DNA from: Setoptus koraiensis
Lineage: Eukaryota; Animalia; Arthropoda
NCBI GenBank assembly: GCA_048013815.1
Contig: CM106585.1
Coordinates: 3,782,001-3,846,000 of the forward strand
Length of the DNA stretch: 64,000 nt
Direction: 5' to 3'
Shown one piece after another: positions 62,627 to 64,000 of the stretch (position 1 is the stretch's first letter; each line of letters starts with the position of its first letter). Made by a program: the position numbers and the translations under genes. The notes beneath the pieces are model-generated. The model ran no database searches, was not told the DNA's origin, and saw nothing but the letters and a program-made list of their open reading frames with translations.

Positions 62627-64000
62627 CGGCAGCCGGCCGGGCAAATGTGCCGCATTCCGACAAGTAGTGGCCAGTTGCCGCACTACTTGTCGGCAACCGA
62701 AAATGGCGGCCCGCCAGAAGTCACATCACGAGTGGCGGACGGGGGCCCCCGCGAAACGCGCACACGCATACACAAATAGACACCAGAAACAAGTGGTAAC
62801 AATAATGATTCTTCAATAATAATGACTGCTGTAATGGCACAGTAATTTCAAGATAATAACATGGTAGCGCGCGCCCATAACATAAAAACGCGCGACAGAA
62901 ATCATATGTCTGAGGTGTTGTTTGTGTCGCCTAGCGGCGCACAATGAAAAAACAAATATAACAAGGCGCAACATGACAGGCCCAACAACAACTCTCAGCG
63001 GCTCTCTGTCTGGCCCCAGTTGGCCAGGCACAAGCTGCCATCTCGGGCCAGTCTGCCAAATGGCGCCCCCAAGTGACGACACTGCGACAAGTTAGCGAAA
63101 GTTGCCAAGCGGCCAACTCCGGCAGCCCGCGAAACGCGCCATCTCGCCGTGGCGCGCCCGACAATTGGGGCCGCACAACAACCAACTAACCAACGCAATC
63201 AGTTGTTGTTTTCGGTCAATTGGGGCACGACCGACCCACCGACCGACAACAGCAGCCTGTGTGTCGAGCGAGTGTGACGGCGACAGTGGCGCCATTAGGG
63301 CGCCGTTTCCGGGCCGATCGAAAGTGTTGAATTAACCCATTATTACGATTGTTTGGTTTGCTGTCGCTCGCTTGCTCGCTCGCTCGCCGGCTTGTCTATT
63401 ATCGAACAACGGGAGATAATGATAAGATGATTGCACGTTCAGATTTATTTCATTCTCTCGGCCGGCACCGTCGGCTACTTAACGTGAATTAATTCAACGA
63501 GCCCGGCGACACAAGCGGCGCCCGCGATGATACCGCGCCAGCTCCAAGTCCAACTGTCTAGACACGGTGTGCCAGACGTAAAGAGTTTCTCTGGTTTTGT
63601 CTATAAACAAAATTGATTGCCAAGCCAACTCTCTGTGCCGGCGTCTCTTGAATATTGAATGGGGCACGCTGCTTGTATATTTGCTCCCATACATGCCCTG
63701 TATATATATATATATATATGGGCCTGATCCAATAAGCGCAGCTCGTTGCTTTGATCGATGAGAATAGCTCGCCAGAAGAACGCTGTTTTGTGTCCAATCA
63801 CGCCGAGCTAATTCTGATTTTTTGTTTGGCTGTGCGTACTGGCACAATTGTCGCCAGTACGCTGTTGTTGGCCACTGACATGATGAGCAGCGCTGTCATG
63901 TTACATCACCAACAAACATTGTTGGGGCCGGTCAGTGGGCTAGCGGCAAACTGGCGCACACAATCACCGGAAACAGACTATATTTGGAGCGGTCAGTCCA

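Noticed and set aside
60225-63847. Numerous 100-200 codon ORFs as candidate upstream mGluR exons
   Set aside because: None shows Venus flytrap motifs. They reflect GC-rich, stop-poor intronic sequence and repeats.

Overview
Eukaryotic genomic DNA with GT-AG introns, probably an arthropod. The tiny 55-110 nt introns, intronless housekeeping genes and Asn/Gln-rich proteins suggest a small-genome acariform mite, but this is an inference. Left to right: (1) an intronless VHL-like gene (-) and an intronless SLC35A nucleotide-sugar transporter (+); (2) a 7-exon SLC7/CAT cationic amino-acid transporter (-, 5604-12769) with an unusual GFG in the TM1 motif; (3) about 10 kb of GC-rich, microsatellite-rich non-coding DNA; (4) an intronless Discs-large gene with only PDZ1 and PDZ3, tail-to-tail with SURF1, which spans a 500-N assembly gap; (5) an AT-rich accessory island (about 26.7-35.3 kb); (6) a long low-complexity orphan ORF pair (-); (7) non-coding DNA with minisatellites; (8) six exons of a group I (mGluR1/5-like) metabotropic glutamate receptor (-, 52402-60245) whose 5' exons lie beyond the window. 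The island holds a perfect hairpin, a RING-plus-chromodomain gene, a Ty3/gypsy RT relic, three divergent tetraspanin copies (one pseudogene) and four copies of an orphan secreted-protein family. The last two families include a 1.7 kb tandem duplication, and the tetraspanin copies show clustered non-synonymous changes. The most novel-looking items are the tetraspanin/secreted-protein birth-and-death cluster and the RING-chromodomain fusion. No rRNA, tRNA or CRISPR array was recognised.
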